From the human T2T-CHM13v2.0 reference genome, Homo sapiens, in the NCBI RefSeq assembly GCF_009914755.1, contig NC_060947.1: a stretch of DNA of 64,000 bases; one strand, written 5' to 3'. Positions within the stretch are counted from its first letter, which is position 1; every line of letters starts with the position of its first letter. This document shows, in pieces, positions 59,127-64,000 of the stretch. Made by a program: the position numbers and the translations under genes. The notes under the pieces were generated by a model. It did not search any database. It was not told where the DNA came from and saw nothing but the letters and a program-made list of their open reading frames with translations.

Positions 59127-62100
59127 CTAAATTAAAAAATATACAAAACCTAGAAGCACCTTATATTTTGTATGTCAGAGATCCTTCTAACATAACTTTA
59201 GTTTTGTGGATGATAATATCCTAAGAAATACTGAAATATTACCTCTTTGTTCTTATACAGGCTTTTCAGAATTACATTTGCAATTCATTGGGTTTACATT
59301 TACAGTGGAAAATTATTCTTCTAATTGGGGATTTCTGATTATCTTGAAGCTGTTTAATAATAAATGCATTAACCATAGGTGATGATGTGCAGCAGGATTC
59401 AGGGAACATTCTCTATAGATGCAAATTTCCCCCACTAAAGTTAGCTTTTCAAGGCCACTTCAGTTTACTGGCTCTCTGACAACCATCTTAAAATATGTCA
59501 AAGAACTATCTTCCCCTTGAGGTAAAATATTTTGATTTACTTCACTTGCAAATTGAATTTTATGAAAGACGGGTGTGAAGACAAGTACAAGAGAAACTGG
59601 AACTGAGTAGGAAGTTACAAGAAAGCACACAAATTCTACAGTCCCTTCATTTTTCTCTTTGTGCCATAAAAATTGAAACCAACATAAAGAAATCAAACAT
59701 TTGAATGAAGAAAGTGTGCATTTCAATAGTAAATATCTCATTCAAATATACTCAAGTGATAACTTGATACATTGATACTTTACTAAAAGAATGATGATTC
59801 CACACCCAGACTTGAGAGGACTAGAAAACCAGTGCTGCATCATGAGTCAGGAAAAGAAAGATTTTTATAAGCAACTGGTTGAAACTTCAGAGAGGACAAA
59901 ATTGTAGGCCAAAAATACAGAGTTTCCCATCAGTAATAAAAGCCAGCCCTGCAAGAATTCTCAGAGATTAAAGCATGTTTGGAATACAGAAACAGAAAAT
60001 TTCCTGAACATTTAGTGACAAATAGGAAAAGATGAAAGTGGCCATGCAGAAAAGTGACTCCATGGAATAGTAAATCTCCAAACCTTAGATGTTCAGCAAA
60101 GAGATGAAAACTTAGCTTGAGGATACCATTGATAAGGCTTCAAAGCAACACACACTTTGTGAATGCACATAGCACTTCTCCAAACGAATAGAAGTGAGCT
60201 TTGAGGTCCTTATACGATGAAGCTAGGAAAATTGCCACTTTAGGGTATCAGCAAGAGATTTCTAAATTAAATCTGAACTTGAGAAGAAAGTATTATTTTG
60301 CAAAGAGGAATGCGAGGTTCGAAGAAAAGAAAATAAATTAACTGGTGAAAATGAAAGGCTTTTTTCTGTTGTGGATAGCTTAGCAGCTCAAAATAGACAA
60401 TGTGAAAATGAGCTTGAGATTTTGTCATTAAGAGTAGGTTGCCTTCTGGAAAACTTAAATTGCAGAAACCATGCATTAGATCAGCAATGAGAAAGATTTT
60501 CTGGAGTGTTTTCAAGCTACTGTTTCTAAGAAGACCAAAGAGTTTGAGATTTTGAGAAGTTCTGACACAGAATCAAGAATGCTGGATCCACTTTTGAAAT
60601 CTCATTATAGTTATTACCTGGGCAAGTCTTTAAGGATTGCAATCTCTCTTTAGAAAGCCAGGCAGGCCAAACAACTTGTTCAAGAATTGAGAAGTCTAAG
60701 GCTTAATTTGCCTGAAGGAAAATCCATCCAGCTGGCATTGTTGTGAGCCAATCTTGTATCTTAGAGATAAAGATATTTTGATGAGCTCTGTCTTAGCTTC
60801 AGATGTTATACATGCTATGAGCAAAGATAGTTTTTGTATATTCAGGGTGACAGCTTATCTCTTACATGTACCTTGAAGGCCAGTTCTGTTGGTCTTCTAC
60901 TAATTCTACTACTAGTTCCAACAGAAAATGACAATGAAAAGAATAAGATGGCCAGGATTCTGGAAGGATTTAAATCTGTCCTACATAAAAACAGACTGAA
61001 AATCAATCTGTGTATTTTCCACCGGAAGCCTAAGACAGGATGTTGGCTATTATTAAAGCAATTCTTACAGCTGTTGCTGAAAATCATGTTAGAGTCCAGT
61101 TGGTTTAAAAGAAGGGCTGTACATTACAGAGATTACTTGTGATGAGCTCATTCTAGCTACTGTTTGTAAGAAACTGTATCATATTGAATGTGTTCCCAAA
61201 GGGAAAATTACAGTCTTTGTCTGTTACTGGAATCACGGTGTTCCCAGGAACATGCTCTATTTTATCCATGTTCTTTCTTTGAATGAGTGGAAGGGAGATT
61301 TGGCATCAAGTTCCCAGAAAAAATAAAAAAGGTCGCCTACTCATAATAACTTCAACAATTAGGAAGGGCTCTTCAGCTAGTCTGTTTGTAGCAGTGGACT
61401 GATCCTTTGCTAAGAGAGACATAGAACTAAACTTTCTCACAGAAATTTCAATGAACCTATGGCTCAGGAACTGTACAGTAGATAACAATCTTCAAGGAAA
61501 AGCTGTGTTGGCTGCCTTTCTCGATTCTTTCTGTTGAGCAACCATGAAGATGTCTAACCCTGGCATATACCAATGACCTCTCACTTACATTTTTCTCACA
61601 GCAGTCTTTCGAGGCCCTTTCTTCTGTGGAATTCAATCACGCAGAATATATGTTTTGCTTCAGCCACATGGGATTGGATATGGACTCACAGTATGAAAGG
61701 TTATGTGTGCAGGAGCTAATATGGCCTGTAACTCCTGTTCCCAATTGTTATAGCTCTCTGCATGTCACAGTATGAAGTGAGTATGGCATCAATACACCAC
61801 AAGGATGATAAGACTGTGGAATGGGTTCAAACCACCAGCCTGAGGAGCATAAGAACACTAAATCTGAATGCACCTTCAACCTTTTCAACTCTGAGCTTCC
61901 ATGCTTAATCTAAGAACAAGTTCTCTGGAGAAGTTCTAGTATGCCAGACACTTGAAAATGTGATTTGTTTTTAAGAGTCTGGAGCAGGAGAGATTACAAC
62001 ACCTGTAAGAGATTCTAAGAGCCAAGAATGAGCTTCAAAATTATACCAACCCAACCAATTTCAACCATGTGGTTCACCCTGCCTGGAGATGGAATGTATG

Positions 62101-62428
62101 ATGTCGTGGCTCTCACTCTAAATACTTTGCTTACTTCATTAGAGAAAAAGCCAGGTTCTGCTCCGGTCAATCTGTCCTAGTAGGGTTAGTTCAGAAATAA
62201 GGCATACATTTCAAGGCTCTCATCAGATGGATCAGAGGTGGGAGTGAGCATGCCTTTGAGAAGTGTCTGATCTTGACCAGAATTTTGACAAAGTGCCTCA
62301 TTCAGATTCTACCACACACTGAACTCTATCGAATGAACGACTTCAACGCCAGCAGCCTGCTGAGTTGCACCTTCCCTCACAAAAGCCAACTCTTACTAGG
62401 TTTTGAGAGGTTCTCCTTATGCACCTGA
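59127..62428 (+). pseudogene. Processed pseudogene (retrocopy) of CDC42BPB / MRCK-beta; 5'-truncated, with many stops, frameshifts and internal deletions
   Basis: Manual translation gives collinear, intronless matches to CDC42BPB as recalled. AGC tail: NIQNLEAPY and [30 protein letters not shown] (59130-59305). Coiled coil: QEKLELSRKLQESTQ (~59590), KQLVETSER, IKSELEKKVLF (~60270), AKQLVQE (~60670). PH: [18 protein letters not shown] and TENDNEK..ILEGFKSVLHKNRL (60785-61000). CNH: FSQQSFEAL, EYMFCFSHMGL, QELIWP, EWVQT. CRIB: NPTNFNHVVH..GDGM (~62048-62096). C-terminus: RNKAYIS, DQNFDK, PHKSQL, ending at TGA 62426-62428. Confidence 0.92.
59408..59544 (-). mobile_element. MER4-group LTR fragment inserted in the CDC42BPB retrocopy
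   Basis: Reverse complement resembles 12329-12435 of the MER4 LTR in this window (AAATCAAAATATTTTACC..AAATTTGCATCTATAGAGAAT). Confidence 0.7.
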
Positions 62429-63578
62429 AACTTACTCCATGGCCTTTCACAATCACCTCCTATTTCAATGTCAAGGCTAATGCTGAATCTCTAGTGTTGT
62501 CCAAGGACATGTAGAATCTATTTACTAATATGAAAATGAAGAAAATATTTATTACACTAATGATTAGTTTTAGGCCATGTTATTCCGTAGAGGTAGGCAA
62601 GATCCATCTTCTGCATAGCTCTGAGACAACACTGTTTTTATTTTCCCTTAAAAGGTCACCACACAGTGTCTCTTCTATTCTGAACAAACTGAGATGCTGA
62701 GTAGGACTCGTGCTCAACTGTGCCTGTGAATGATTACATGCCTCCTTTGTAGGAAACTCTTTTCTATAGTATGTATGGTGTAGAGGAGTAGAGATCTGAG
62801 CATGAGTGTAGGTGAATATCCTTTCATTTTTAACTCAATGTAAATTCAAATGACAAGTATCATCCTTTATTATTTTTATGTCTTCTCAGAAGACAGACTA
62901 TAATAAAACTCATTACATTTATAATTAAATTTAAAATATCAGTGACAGTTGTATGTTCCTTGCTTTTCCCAATTTGGGTTTTTTTTTAAGTTTATTTTTT
63001 GATCTTATAAGATTTAAATGTAGTATATGGATTACTGATTTGCTTTCACAATCTAATCACATTCTTTTATAGACTATAATTGGATAAGATGGTTTACAGT
63101 TGTGGCAATCCTATCTGAAAGATGCATATGAATTTTACTTCAAAGTGAGTTACAGAAATTCTATTTCAATTTTTTTTTTTTTTTTACAAATTTGAAGAGC
63201 TTTTGCCAAAAACAAATGTTACAAATATAATAATAACACAAGTTTAACTCTTGGTATTTTTAGAAAAATTAACTGAAGCATGCTTTTAATATTGCGACCC
63301 TCGGCAATGCTGACAATAAAGTGTAGTAGATTTGTTCCAATTAAAATCAGTTTAAATCATTAAAACTAAATGTAAATTGATACTCTGTTAAATAAAATTT
63401 AACTTTTTTCTGTTTGAAGCGTATTTGTGGTTATTCGATATAACACAGAGATGTCGGGTTTATTTTTCAAAGTATATTTCATAAATTTTAAGGAGTAATT
63501 TAGTTTCATTTTTATAACAATTTCTCAATTTTGTTTTCAGGCTGAAAAATAATTTAGCTATTAAAATGAGTAGAACTA

Positions 63579-63998
<420 letters not shown>

Positions 63999-64000
63999 AA

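Noticed and set aside
61306-61488. Minus-strand ORF ending RRPFLFF, resembling a serpin C-terminal motif
   Set aside because: It is the antisense of the CDC42BPB CNH-domain relic and no other serpin features are present.

Overview
AT-rich, repeat-dense primate (probably human) genomic DNA: Alu, L1, L2, MIR, MLT/MER and ERV LTRs make up much of the window. The L1 load plus a MAGE relic suggests the X chromosome, but this is inference. I find no intact protein-coding gene, and nearly all ORFs in the supplied track are repeat-derived or spurious. Two gene relics are recognisable by manual translation. The first is a degraded MAGE-A-like pseudogene at about 28451-29488 (+). The second is a long, intronless, heavily decayed retrocopy of CDC42BPB/MRCK-beta at about 59127-62428 (+), which the ORF track shows only as scraps; it lacks the kinase domain and has internal deletions, one removing the C1 domain. 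Other notable items are an LTR10-like solo LTR with a ~1 kb AT-rich minisatellite inside, a tailless U2 snRNA retro-fragment with TSDs, several solo LTRs with clean TSDs, a near full-length old L1, and a few local duplications and hairpins. I do not see a convincing new biological system. Repeat subfamily names and reference protein sequences are recalled from memory, not from database searches.
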